DNA of 64,000 nucleotides from Podarcis liolepis (lineage: Eukaryota). Where the stretch lies: NCBI GenBank assembly GCA_965112155.1, contig OZ218102.1; one strand, given 5' to 3'. The translations under genes and the position numbers were made by a program. Below the pieces are notes generated by a model. The model had not been told where the DNA came from and ran no database searches. It saw only the letters and a list, made by a program, of their open reading frames with translations. Of the stretch, positions 11,971 through 24,470 are shown piece by piece. Each line of letters opens with the position of its first letter. The stretch's first letter is position 1.

Positions 11971-14900
11971 ATCTATATGTGTATGAAGGGAGTGATTGCT
12001 GAGCCAGGTGGCTTGAAGGCAGTCCGCTCTGGAAAATGTGTGGAGCACCTGTAAAATTAGCAGCTGACCAAGTTTCTATATACATAATTCTTAATACATG
12101 CCTCCTGTAAAAGTGGAAGAGTATACGTTTTCATCAGTGTAGGCTGTAGCCTTTGAAACATACCTGCAAGATTTGCTAAGTGACATGCTTTTAAACTTTA
12201 ACCTAGTAAAACTGAAGGTAACTAACTCCTGCCTTCTTCAAGGACATAGCTAGAAGAAAAATTACCTGCATAGGAAGCTAGAGATAGACCATTGGTCCAT
12301 CTAGCCCAATATGCACAGAATGCTTGCACTAACTGACAGAAGCTGTCCAGCATTTCAGGCAAGATATATTTCCAACACTACCTGGATATTTTTGAGATTA
12401 AACCTAGACCTTCTGCTCTGTAGCCCCCCCCCCCCAGCAAAACCCTATGATCCCCTTTCAAGTCTACAGCTGGTACCCCAATCAAATGTATAAGAATTTA
12501 TTTCCTATCATTATTATCATCATCAAATGCAAATACAAAGATTGGAACATTTCCCACTGGCTTTAGTAGTCTTCCAGGCAGGGAGCTATGTAATAACCTC
12601 TGAATGTTGTGATGCCTTTTCCTTGTTAAGTTTTACTGACAGTGCAGAGCTAATATAAGAGGAGAAGGACTTTTCCTTTTAAACTCAGTTTATTTCTTTT
12701 TCCCCCTCCCACTTAAAATGCTGATTAAAGTGGATTTGCTCAGAATATTGAGCTCCTGTTTGCTGAACTGCTGTTATTGACAGGAGCCTCGTTAACCTCA
12801 TCGTTCAGTGGAATTAGCAATTTGTTACAACATAATGAGAAGCTTGATTTTATGTGATCCATATAGATTGCCTGAGGTTCCCCAGAGCCAGCCACTGCCT
12901 CCCTTCTCCAGTCAAGCAACAGAACTCCCCAAACCCCTTGAGCAGAACACTTTTCTGTGCTGCTCCATTTATATCCACACCAAGTAAAGTTTGGACATGA
13001 TTTTTCAAAGCCACGGAGGACACTAGGCCTCAGTTCTCCAGCCAAGAGTGACGAGGGGGTATATAAAGCAGAAAGAGTGGAGAGAAAAAATAGATTTCCA
13101 GTTTAGAACACTAGAGAAGGCCTGATTAGCTTGGCTTACATCCAGTTATAGCTTCCTGCAACCAGATTGCAACCTTTGAGCATGTACAGAGTGTCCAGTA
13201 CTCCATCTGCTTCCCCAGATTTTAGACACAGCACTTAATGAGTGTAGCAGAATCTTTGTTCCCTAATAATGGTGTTTACCTAAACAGGTTTTTCCCAGAG
13301 CCATTCTCAAGAGACAGCCTTTGGCTGCAAAGACTGAAATACATGGTTTACAAGTTCATTTTCACTGAGTTGAGGAAAGGGAAGAGAAAGTTGCCACCTA
13401 ACATGGCAGCAGCCTGGATGCCCATAGCTAGGCATCCTCAACTTGAGAACTCAGTTGACCTGGAGGTAAAATAAAATACCCCAGACGCAGCCCAAACACC
13501 TATGCGTTTTCTCAGAAAAAGAAAGATCATGAGCTCAGTTGGGCTTCCACCTAGGAAGCCTACCTAGGATTGCAGCCTCAGTAATAAGTGTGGAACTTCA
13601 CTGTAGAAAAATATTCCTTTCCGAGAAGATCCAACAGAGCCTACTTAGGATCTCTGCAATCCCCAAACAGCATAACTTCTACCCACCCTCAACCTTGCTG
13701 AGTCATCTCAGAGGTCAGCCTTCCAGCTGAAATACCTCCTGTCTCCCCAAGAAACAAAACTTACCTTGTTGCTTTCTCAATACTCTCCACTCAGATTCCC
13801 AGCATCTTCTCTACTCTGCTTCCCACCTGACTTGACTCTTCCACATTACTTACATAGCAGCCACTGCGGCTTAGACACACTGCACATTCCAGGCATCTCA
13901 ACAACATCCATTTCTGGCATGCCAAGATCAAGTTCCAGGGAAGCAACATCAGGACCAAGCCTCTAGCACTGCACAGTTCCTCACATTCACCTTTGGAGGT
14001 GCAATCTCTTTGCATTTGTTTGAGTCTTTGCGCATAACTACCAGGGTGTGCCAGCTAAAGCAGGAGAGGGAATCTGTTGGTTCCTCTGCAGTTCATCACA
14101 GCTTCTCATACCTGATATGATCTCCATAATATGTAAGATAAGCAGCAATACACTTTACAAGGAGATGTGTATACCCTTTTTATTCTTGACATTCTTTTTT
14201 GAAATGAAAATCTTCATGCTAGTAAAACCTATCAGATTACTGGCTTTCAAGAGACCTAGTTCAATTTAATAAGAGTTAAACTGGGAGTGATTTCAAAACA
14301 GATTTCAAAAGAGATGAAACTCTGAAAGTTGAAATAGTGTTCCACATATTTTTTTCTGGACAAAAATTCTGAAGCAGCAGCAGAATTGCTCATAAAAATG
14401 AAAGTTTCCCCCCAGGCACCAGTAACACTGGTAGATAATATAGTCTGATTTTTATTTTAAGATTTCAAACCACTTGTCTCTCCAGGTAAAAGCAAATTTA
14501 TTCTTTGGTAGTTTTAATTGTGAACTTATTTAGTATAATGGCCTCTGGGAGCTGAAGTTTCAGCAGGCTGATCATTTATCTGTCACACTTCAGAGGAAAG
14601 GATATTATATTTTGTGGACGGGTGCAGAGTGAGGAAGGATCTATTCACTTCTACTGGTTATCATTTAATGATGGGAGAAAGGCAGTAGAGTTTTTAGAAA
14701 GTCTATGCACTGGTGCCAATGCTGAACACACTGTTTTCTCTATCATCTCTGTGCACAAGTTCTGCAGATCTTTACAGTGGAGGAAGGGGTAATATATAAA
14801 CCCATTTGACCAATGAGTACACCGTAAGAAATGAAATCCATCTTTACACTGATTGATGTGGCTATACCTTACTGAGCATCTTAAAACCAGTTCATACAGC

Positions 14901-16174
14901 TGGAGGAAGGGTGAGATGAAATGTGCATACATGGCCAGGAGCAGCTGATGGGAAGGGGTGGTACCACAGTGCTGGCTTCCTGGGAGAGGTCACTACTGTT
15001 AACCAGAGAAGGGTGGTGGTCAGTTTTTGAAGGGGATGTGCACAAGAGCAGCAGATCTGGCTGCCACCCTGAACAATTCCTACTCTGCCCAAATGTGTGG
15101 TAGGAACGGTGCTATCAGAAGGCCAGCTCCACAGTGGCACCTTGCCAGAAGCTCCAAATGTCCATACGTATTGAGGAAGAAGAAATTCCACAATGTTGGA
15201 CTGGGGGGGGGGTTACAGTGACCTAAAGTGGCACATTCGAGGGTTGAGACTGTTAGGTGTTGTTTCGCTGGATGATAGGGAGTCCCTTACAATCAAGAAC
15301 AGCTAGGTTAATTCAACTCTGCCTCCTGTGAGGGGAGCTGCTGTCTTTCAGTGAGAGATCCAGATCAAAGAAGACTCAGACTATGATCGGGTGGCCAAAG
15401 GTCATCAAAGCCTTCATGTGGGGAGGGGGCTGAGCCAACTCCGATGTGTTTTCTAGGTAATATTGACTTGTGCTTCCCACATGGGTCCTGACTAGTCCTG
15501 CCCCTCTTCCAAAATGATTTAGAGGTAAGGAAAGAGGGAGAGAGGCAGGAAGGGGGTCTAACAAAAAAATATTTGATGCATGGCTCCAGCAGAGATCCAC
15601 AGGTTTGGAGTGTCTTGTAAAAGAGGATTGTGGGGCAAAGTAACAAGCAGGGAAGACTAAATAACTTGGAGACTCGTAGGTGCCCCATCATAGGAAAGGG
15701 ACTTCCAGAAATGCAAGAGCAGTGATAGGGCATGTTGAGTGCAAGAGCCATGACAACACTTTCTTAACCAATCAGGAATCTAAGGCCTGTCTGTGGTGGA
15801 GTTATTAGACACTGTACTTAACAGTCTTGTGGGTCTCTCCTTACCACCACTTTCGATAGCAATGTGTATTACTTCACTCACTTCAAAATGCTGATTTTGG
15901 GGGCCCTCCAGCTCATTGTGCTGAGTGGGGCCTTGGACAACACCACTGAGGCCTGGGCTGCTGTAGCCTTCACAAAACCGCTACCAAGAAGCAGTATAAA
16001 AGGCCATTTCATTTATTTTCTCTGGTGGTCTGGAGATATGCTGGGAATTGCTGAATGGGTACTGTTATTAGTTCTAATACACTAGAGACTGTCCTAGGTT
16101 TTGGCCAGAGGGCTTCATTAGCTTCATTTCACAGCTTGCCCTAACATGCATGACACTTCACCTTCATTTCACAA

Positions 16175-16597
16175 TGTCAGGGAACTGCCATCGGAGACAG
16201 AGGGAGAGAGAGGGCTCCAGAGGGGTTCCGGAGAGCGTCCCGGGAGGGAGAGAAGCAGCACATCTTCTGGGGAAGGAAATCAGCGTAGCACCAGTGGAGA
16301 AGGGGGGCAGATGGGGGAATCGGCGAGGAGGCTCCACGACTCTTCGCTGGGGACCGGCGGGGAGAGCACGGGTCCTCCGCTGCCCACACCCTCCCTGCGC
16401 AGAAGGCTTCCGCGCAGGGAGACTAGGCGTCAAAGAACTTCTTTGCTGGAAGAAGTTCAAGAAACGCCCACTGACGGATTCTGCCAGCGATTGAGACAGC
16501 CACGGGCGAGTGGCTGTCCAGACAGAAAAGGTTCACTCAGGCAACCCAGCCAGGTGTGGCGACGATTTATGCACGAGCAACCCCTAGAACCATTACA
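16175..16597. mobile_element. Solo LTR (Gypsy/ERV-type), 423 bp
   Basis: Begins TGTCA and ends TTACA; flanked by a perfect 5-bp TSD CACAA (16170-16174 and 16598-16602); GC- and CpG-rich relative to its flanks. Confidence 0.82.
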
Positions 16598-17033
16598 CAC
16601 AACTAATGATGATGAGATATATGGGATATATGGGATGCTGAGGTCATGAGAGTGAGCAGCTGCTGTTTCCCTTAGCTACCCTTTCTATACACACACACAC
16701 AGTTGCAGAATGGAAGGTCATCCAAAAGGCAGGCCTACGAGAAACTGCCTGCCCAGGACCAATCTCTGTGCCACATTAATCACTTGGCTTGGACCCTATT
16801 TTGCTAAGAGAAAAGGTTCAGCAACATTTCATCTCTCCATAAAAATAAACATTAAAGAGTTGCAACAAAATTAATTTGCTTATCACAAGGGAAATTAAGA
16901 TGCTTGTTGAACTAAAATCATACCTGCGGCTGTGCACTAGATGGGCAACACAACAGATGTTTGCAGGAAGAGTGTGAGCCACTGGGTACATTTCATACAC
17001 AATTTGGGATTTCATTTGAGATGGTATTTGGTA

Positions 17034-17036
<3 letters not shown>

Positions 17037-17074
<38 letters not shown>
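17037..17074. repeat. (CT)n microsatellite
   Basis: Direct reading. Confidence 0.97.
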
Positions 17075-17078
<4 letters not shown>

Positions 17079-17243
17079 TACTTAGAAAGACATTTAACTG
17101 TAAAACAGGGCAATGTATTCAAACCTGGATCCAGAGCCCTGAAGTCAACAGGCAGCAAGAAAACAGAAATATCATCAGTGCTAAATGAATTAGCATAAAT
17201 GAGCAGGTCCTATGTTACATATGATCCCTGAACGACAGGAACC

Positions 17244-17440
17244 CCATAAGGGCATAAGAAGAGCACTGCTGGGTGAGGCCCACCTTGTCCAGCATCCTAT
17301 TCTCACAGTGGCAAATCAGATGCTTGTAGGAAGTACTCTCCTCAATTGTGGTTCCCAGCAAGTGGTACACAGAGGTGTACTGCCTGCAACAGTGGTGGTA
17401 GAGCATAGCCACTGTGGCTAGCAGCCTCTGATAACCTTAT
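17244..17440 (-). mobile_element. CR1-type LINE 3' end fragment
   Basis: Plus strand CATAAGGGCATAAGAAGAGC...GTCCAGCATCCTATTCTCACAGTGGC is the reverse complement of the squamate CR1 3' tail. Similar fragments at ~25165-25310 (-) and ~41295-41352 (+). Confidence 0.6.
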
Positions 17441-18044
17441 CATGCAAGTTAGTCATTGGCAGGAATGCTTCTATGGCTTTTGCAATGCTAAGATTGCTAG
17501 CATTTTTACAGAATTTGGCAACCATGACAGCATCTAGGCCCAATAACATTTGGGGAAAGCGATCCCAGCAAAGGCAGCAGTCATGTGCCAATTGAACATG
17601 GTAAGCAACATTCAGGCAGCCCTGTCAGTGAACTAATAGCTCAACAACTTGTATGTCCAGATTTTCACTTTTTGAAATATGGCAGCCCTAGATCTCAAGA
17701 AGTAGAAGGCTTTAGGGCACTGAGAAATATGTCTGCTTTTCATTTCAGTTCTCTTAAGTCCTGTTTATAGACCATTTTCACCCAAACTGTGAAGGACTCC
17801 TCCATTTCCACATTGGGCAGACCTGGGAAATATGTATCGGACTGCTTCCCACAGCAAAAGCCTCCACAAAATCCCTCCTGATCATTCCTGGGTATAAGGA
17901 TTGTGTGACAGTGCATATTGTTTGTGTCAGTTCACCATAGGTTCACCCCTGTAGCAATTTCCTTGTTCAAACAATGAATTTGCACCATTGCACTCATTCA
18001 TCTATCAGGGCATGCCTTGCCCTACTGACATCTCAGGCATGGTA

Positions 18045-18302
18045 CAGTGGTTTCTCGGGTTACATACGCTTCAGGTTACATACGCTTCAGGTTACATACG
18101 CTTCAGGTTACACACTCCGCTAACCCAGAAATAGTGCTTCAGGTTAAGAACTTTGCTTCAGGATAAGAACAGAAATCGGGCTCCGGTGGCGCAGCAGCAG
18201 CAGAAGGCCCCATTAGCTAAAGTGGTGCTTCAGGTTAAGATCAGTTTCAGGTTAAGAACGGACCTACGGAACGAATTAAGTACTTAATCCGAGGTACCAC
18301 TG
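18045..18302. mobile_element. Tc1/mariner (Tigger-like) MITE
   Basis: TA|CAGTGGTTTCTCGG ... CCGAGGTACCACTG|TA: terminal inverted repeats (TIRs) plus TA TSD. Internal 16-bp tandem GGTTACATACGCTTCA x3 (18058-18105). Confidence 0.88.
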
Positions 18303-19681
18303 TACACCTTGTTTTGCCCCTATGTCACAGTCAATAAGCTGGGGAGGATACCAGACACATCCTCTGACCTATCTGAGATTTATACCCGAAAGCCAGATTT
18401 CGTACCTTGAAACAAATGTTAACACCTCCATATAGCAAATGTTGCCATTTAGAGCTTAATTACAGAAGCGGAAGAAAAGCAACATATTAAATTATAAATA
18501 CATAGGCTCAGCTATATGAGTGCTGCTCTTCCTAATTATTCATCTTAAAGATGATTAACAGATAATCTTTTCCTCAAATTACACCCAATGGGCAGGATAG
18601 GAGCACTTCTAAAAATTCCTTGTGCCAGCAGAACCCAAGACAATGCCAGCGCAGGGATACTCTTCTGGAAGCAACAGGCTACCCATTTGCTGTATAAATA
18701 TGCAATACCCAACACACACAAACACAAACACACACCCTTATGCTGGCAGAGGTACACCAGTGCCAGGAGCAAAAGGTGAGTGAAGAAGGAAAGGGTGGAG
18801 CTCGGAAGGAAATCTTGACTTGCTCAGGGCTCATTCACACCTTCTGCAGTTATTCATTCATTTCTTCTATTTGTTACACATGGCAAGGGGAGAGGAGGGA
18901 GATAAATGTATTTTCTAACACGACTGGCAATAAAACACAATAAAATACAGAGTGGAAAAGACCATATATATCTGTAATACACAACAGCACGGTTAAAAAC
19001 AGTGTATCGCTTGAGTAAGTACAGTTGTTATAATGTCACACCTGCAAAAGTGGTGGCATAAACTAGCACATTCCAACTGGAATCAATAGACAGCCCCAGA
19101 TGACTTTCCCCAACTTCTCCCTCACCACCACAGCTGCTACAAAACCATGCAGTCCATCATGGCACACCAGCCAGAGCACCAGGGAACTCTGATGTCACAT
19201 ATCAAGGCATACACTATCGGGTTGCATCCCAATCTCTTATGCCTGAAGGGTTTAAGCCACATGTAAGAAACTGATGATGGGTACACTGGTGGAAAGGACA
19301 CTTTGCATGAACAGCCACTGACATTGATCTTCTCAAAGCCTTCATAGGTATTCTACCTCTTAGGCTTTTGGAGGCAAATTCCCACCAGGAACTCAACTAT
19401 TTCACTGCAGGGCTAGATATTTAATGAGGGTAAGCCAGACAGGGAAATCTACACCTACACCTGAAAGTGAGTTTCCAAAACACTCTCCATCCCCTATCCC
19501 AATTCTGAGGCATGTACTAGCTATCCAAAACTCTCTTGATGCACAGATGGTGGCATTGCCTCCCACAGAAGGGACTACTGGGTTATTGGGACAGGACCAG
19601 AGGAGACATTTGGGGAAGTATCCATGTGGCAGAAAGAGAGGTCTTATTGGGCACAACCCCCCTCCCAAATGCACACACAGT

Positions 19682-19931
19682 CCAGCCTTTACCAAAGGTG
19701 TCATGGGCTTTGAAGACACTCAAACTCAGGATGAAAGGGAGAAACGAGCTAAGAGGAAGGCACGCTTGGCAAATCCACACCGTGATCAACTCCTTTCCAG
19801 AAACCTATGTCCCCATTGTGGAAGGACATGTGGATCCAGAATTGGCCTGCACAGTCACTTACGACTCACAGTTAAAACTGTGTTTATGGAAGACAATCTT
19901 ACTCGGCTACAAGCGGTCGCCAAAGAAGAAG
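19682..19931 (+). mobile_element. RTE-clade LINE 3' fragment with C-terminal CCHH zinc finger
   Basis: Encodes AFTKGVMGFED...REKRAKRKARLANP...CPHCGRTCGSRIGLHSHLR, followed by a short 3' UTR and (GAA)n tail. Confidence 0.8.
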
Positions 19932-22900
19932 ACAGTCCCATGCACTGTATAAGGTAACAGAGAGCACAACCACTGATACTGATGAACACTGAGTCGTCAT
20001 CGTCGTCGTCCCCCCCCCCCCACACACACACTTAATGGTTACTGAAGGCCAGGTGCTCTTACTGCCCATGTTGTGCTGGCATGATAGGACTGCGCTGCCA
20101 AACCAGGAACGAGCTTTCAATTTGCCATTTATATTTCCTCAAAACCTGGCAGTGTCTAAATGCCTGCCTCTGCCTTGCCTAATATCTAAAGAGACTTACA
20201 ATCTATTCAACGTCCAATAAATTGCCTGAAAGGAATTTCATACCATGGTCAAAACGACCATAAAATCCTGCAGCGTTAATGCAAACGGAGGGTATCGGAG
20301 CAGCGCGGGTGGGGTGCTGGAAAGTTATTGGTCAGCTTATATAACTATACTGCAGAGCTGGGCTTTGAGTCAACGAGGCAAGAGTGGAACATCATTTCCA
20401 GATTAAAAAGTACAGGCCACTAAAAATACGTATTGCTCAGGATTATTAATTTCTTCTCATTCTTGCTGCAGTAAACGTCCATTTATCTAGTGGCTATTTC
20501 TCTATCCATCCTAAGCATATGCAATTAAAGGCATGCCCTACCATATGGTAGGGTGATGCAGATAAGTTTGGGAGGCTGAAGAGCCATCCAAAATGTCTGC
20601 ATGCATTCTCTTGTACATGAGGCATCACTGCTATTTTATGCTGTTCACAAAAAAAGCATGGAGTCCTGAATGAGGGGAAGCAGCGCCATGGGTTGAATTC
20701 AAAGTAGTGCTGAGGAGACTTGCTCTGTCAGCACAAGTGTCTCTGCTTGCCTGGTGGAATCATCTTCCTTCTTTCCCCCATCTTGTGTTCTGTTCTGGGG
20801 TTTCTCCTGAGCAACACAGAGCCTGTTTGAGGGGCATGTGGGGAAGGAGCAAGAGGGGAGCCTTGTTGCTGTTATTTTCATTTATTACCCACCCTTGACC
20901 CTAAGGTCTCAGGGCAGGTTACAAAAATTTAAAATGCAACAGAAAAAACATGCCAAACAGGCATATCAGCATCTACTCTAGTGTCTGTTTTTGTGACTAA
21001 CACTATAGTCCTTACACACATTTCATTTTTAGGGTTCCACATATATACAAGTTGTAACCTAAAAAAAGTGTGAGTGCTAGAAGCAAATGAAATGCATACA
21101 GCTTCATGCCCTCATACAGGCTCATACAGTACAAAAGAAAGCCATATTGCCTTTGCCTCCCTCTTAACTAGTCATACAGGTAGCAGATCTAGCTATACTT
21201 CCACCTGGCTACCTGGAAACCTTTCGTTTTGAAACTATGGAAATTGAGACAGGAGAAATGAAGCATCCTACTCTGTGTCTAGCTGATGTTATATACCAGA
21301 ATGTTCTGCAAGTCACTGGGAGCTTTTCAGATCAGTGTATACACTGGATTCAATCCAGGCTAAAGCCCTCTTCAGGCTTTTTGCTCAGATTTCAAGCAAG
21401 CACATGAAGCCACAGAGTTAATGTGTAAACCCAATGTCCTGCATGAAGGTCTCTAAGAGTGTTCATCTGAACCCCCTTAAGACCTCTTTACTCAACATGG
21501 GAAGGTTGACACACCACCACCACCACCACCACCACCAGGGTTTCTGCACTGACTAGGCAGGCATCACCTTCAAGAATAAATAAAACTGTTAAATAAATAT
21601 ATCAGAAATGCCACTTCTTTAAGTGCTGCACATACATACCTGTAATGGCTCCGATGGCAGTTCCCTGACAATACCAATATTTGCTTGATAAAATCCCAGC
21701 ACTCCTGTCAGGTTTTGATACTGCCAACCTTTTTTTAATTGTAGCAGACACCTTACAAAATAAAAAAGAAGCAAGGGGAGTGGGAAAGCCTGCCCAGCAG
21801 TCAAAAAAATAAATCTTCAATGGGGATCGTCTTGGATAATTAGAAGAAATAAAACAAAAGCTTGGAATCAGAGTCGGGTTCTTTCCCACCCTCTAATATA
21901 AAGTACAAATCCTCCAGGGTTGTCCAGATTTCCATGCAGCGCCACAGCCATCACGCCACTGCCTGTCACTTTTCTGAGCTCTGCTGATTTCAAGGGCCAT
22001 GCTGCGTTCTGTAAAGGCGATTTGGGATTTGGGCCTTATGGGGGTGAAGCTCAGTGACCAACTGGTCCAGGCCACGGATTGAAGAGGCATGCTGTCTGAC
22101 AGCATCCGCATAAGATGAGGTTCAGCAGTTTCCAGAGAGACAAGTGACAGATATAAAAATGGAACAGAGGTCCTGAGTGTAAACACACAGTAGGGGCTAG
22201 AAATCGCAGCAGCCAGGTGCACGAGACGCTCAGGCTCTGACAAGGGTTGTGGGGAGCAACACTTTATGTTGGAGCAGAAGCTGTGAGTGTTCTTGGCACC
22301 AGAACACACAGTTCTTCAGCAAACACAAAAACAGTTTGCATGATGAAGCTAGAGGCCTTGCTAATTTAAGCCTGGAGGCCACACGAGCCAAAAAATGAAC
22401 TCTGAGGAACTGCAAAAAGTGAATGCAAGCATTTGTGTGCCTCTCACAGATTCTGTCCCTAAAGTGTCACATGTTTCAGGACACTTGTTTTGTTCTAGAA
22501 TTTTCTTACAGGGTGCCTTCCATGCACCCCTTTGACTACGGGAGAATAGTGCAGATGTATTCCCCTTCTGACTACCAACCGTATATTGCAAGTGAGGGGT
22601 GGATCAGATGGCATATAGTTTCCCCTGAATCCCAGATTATGCAGGTCATCCTCACTAATCTCAATAGGACCACTTGTAATTAAATTTACATATTTGCATT
22701 TTTATATTAAATTAGAGGCTGTGCCTGCTCACCAACCCCCCCTTCCGCTCTCCCCATATCAACCCACTGCAGCTTCTTCTTCCCACCCCATGCCGCTACC
22801 AAGCTCCCTTTTCAGCTTCCCAACTTCCCTTCAGCCCTGCTTTGCACCCCAATTTTCACTTTCACTCTCATGTCCATGCTTCCTTCTCCCCCTCCTCTTG

Positions 22901-23372
22901 TGCACAGCAAAATTATTCCAGATGCACCTAAACACTGGGTTACCAAATTCTGAAAGAAAATGTACAGAAAATGCTCACTCCACAATTTCCTGCACAATGC
23001 TTGGGGAAAGAGTATTTGGCTACGACAGAGTTTTCCATACTCTGCAGTTCCACAAGTACTTGTACAGTATTGTCCTGAACCCCTGGCCTACCTGGTGGCA
23101 AGTCAGTATGTCAAAGTCCAAAGTTAAGAGTCCAGCCCAAAGGACAGTCCCATAGAGGTCCAGATGCATCCAAGCCAAGGTCCACCAACAGGGGCAGTTG
23201 AGCAGACACAGCACCTCAGTTCTGCTGCCCTTTCCTACTTTGCATGCTGAAAACAGCATCTGGGCTTGAGGAGGCATGTAACCCCCACCTGTTCCAAGCC
23301 TACTCCAGCTGAAGAATCACACCCCTCTTCTCAGAGCTAATGAGCTCCACCTGGCCAGCTTTATAGCTGGAC

Positions 23373-23497
23373 CAGGCTTCCTCAACCTCTGCCCTCCAGA
23401 TGTTTTGAGACTAAAATTCCCGTCATCCCTGACCACTGGTCCCGCTAGCTAGGGATCATGGGAGTTGTAGGCCAAAAACATCTGGAGGGTCGAGGTT
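23373..23497. mobile_element. hAT MITE, right TIR truncated
   Basis: Near-identical to the complete copy at 54196-54332 but stops after CGAGGTT. Confidence 0.85.
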
Positions 23498-23561
23498 CCA
23501 AAGAGCATAATGTCATGTCATACACCAGAGTGAGGGGTGATGGGAACTGGGAGAATAACAG

Positions 23562-23647
23562 TGCAATCTATTCATGTATACTCTGAAGTAAACTCCATTG
23601 AATTCAATGGGATTTATTCCCAGGTGTAAATTTTTAGGCTTGCAGCT
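23562..23647. mobile_element. Short palindromic (Chompy/Harbinger-like) MITE
   Basis: GTGCAATC..CATGTATACTCTGAAGTAAACTCCATTGAATTCAATGGGATTTATTCCCAGG..AGGCTTGCAGC, with central palindrome CCATTGAATTCAATGG. Relatives at ~10535-10617, ~13495-13577, ~50690-50772, ~55020-55103 and 62560-63030. Confidence 0.6.
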
Positions 23648-24295
23648 AAAAATGAAATTGTGGTACCTTTCATAGTTCATTGAGCATCAAACCTGAACTT
23701 GCTGCACAACCCTTCCACACAAAAGTTATCCCAAGCTTTCTTCATTGCAGCAGTAGAGTTTGGTGGAGGGGAATCATTTTGTTGCTGCTATTATTAGACA
23801 ATTGAAAGTCAGAAATCGTTGCCAATCTACTGCAAATCACCAAGAGACTTACCAGGAGGTCCAGATTTACCTCCTGCCCATCCCTCATCTACAGGACCCC
23901 TAAAGGAAGCAATGCCGGTAAAGATATTGCTATTCACTGAATGATCACCAACCTCCTTCCAAAGATAGAAACTGCTACGGAATTGCTTCCAATTTCCCCA
24001 GGAATTTCCCCCACGTTGCCTACATAAGTGTCGTGCACCTGTGTGCACAGTCAGTAAAGCTGCTATTTCCACCCCTGCTTTCTTCATGTAGAGAGATTTC
24101 CAGCATGCTTCCCTCCTACACTGCTATTTTTACTCACTTCTGATCAATGCATTTTTAAACATCCACAAGCCTTGAGAGAAGTCAGTAGATAAAACTGATT
24201 CATTTCAGATAGCACTTGCCTTACTAGGGCAGAGACAACAACTAGAAATAGCGGGATAGGAAAGGGTTTTAAGATTGCAATCCTGTGCACATTTA

Positions 24296-24470
24296 GGCTG
24301 CATACACAGGTTGCACTTAAAGCTCGCACGTACACATGTACACACACCAAATCCTGGGAATTGTCGTTTTTAAATGTGCTGGGAATTGGATCTCTGGTGG
24401 GTAAACTACAGATATGAGGATTCTTTTTTAGGGGGAGAATGCACTTTAAATGTATTGTACATATGCAACC
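24296..24470. mobile_element. PIF/Harbinger-type MITE with TTA TSD
   Basis: TTA|GGCTGCATACACA ... TGTACATATGCAACC|TTA: imperfect TIRs and a 3-bp TWA duplication. Confidence 0.65.

Noticed and set aside
16146-16649. 167-aa ORF through the solo LTR
   Set aside because: Starts and ends outside the element, low-complexity composition, no gag/pol/env motifs.
18058-18112. CRISPR-like repeat array
   Set aside because: Direct tandem units without spacers, inside a eukaryotic MITE.
19424-19957. 177-aa ORF with a C2H2 finger as a zinc-finger gene
   Set aside because: The finger belongs to an RTE LINE 3' fragment that has a second copy at 34.2-34.5 kb; the upstream part is unrelated sequence.
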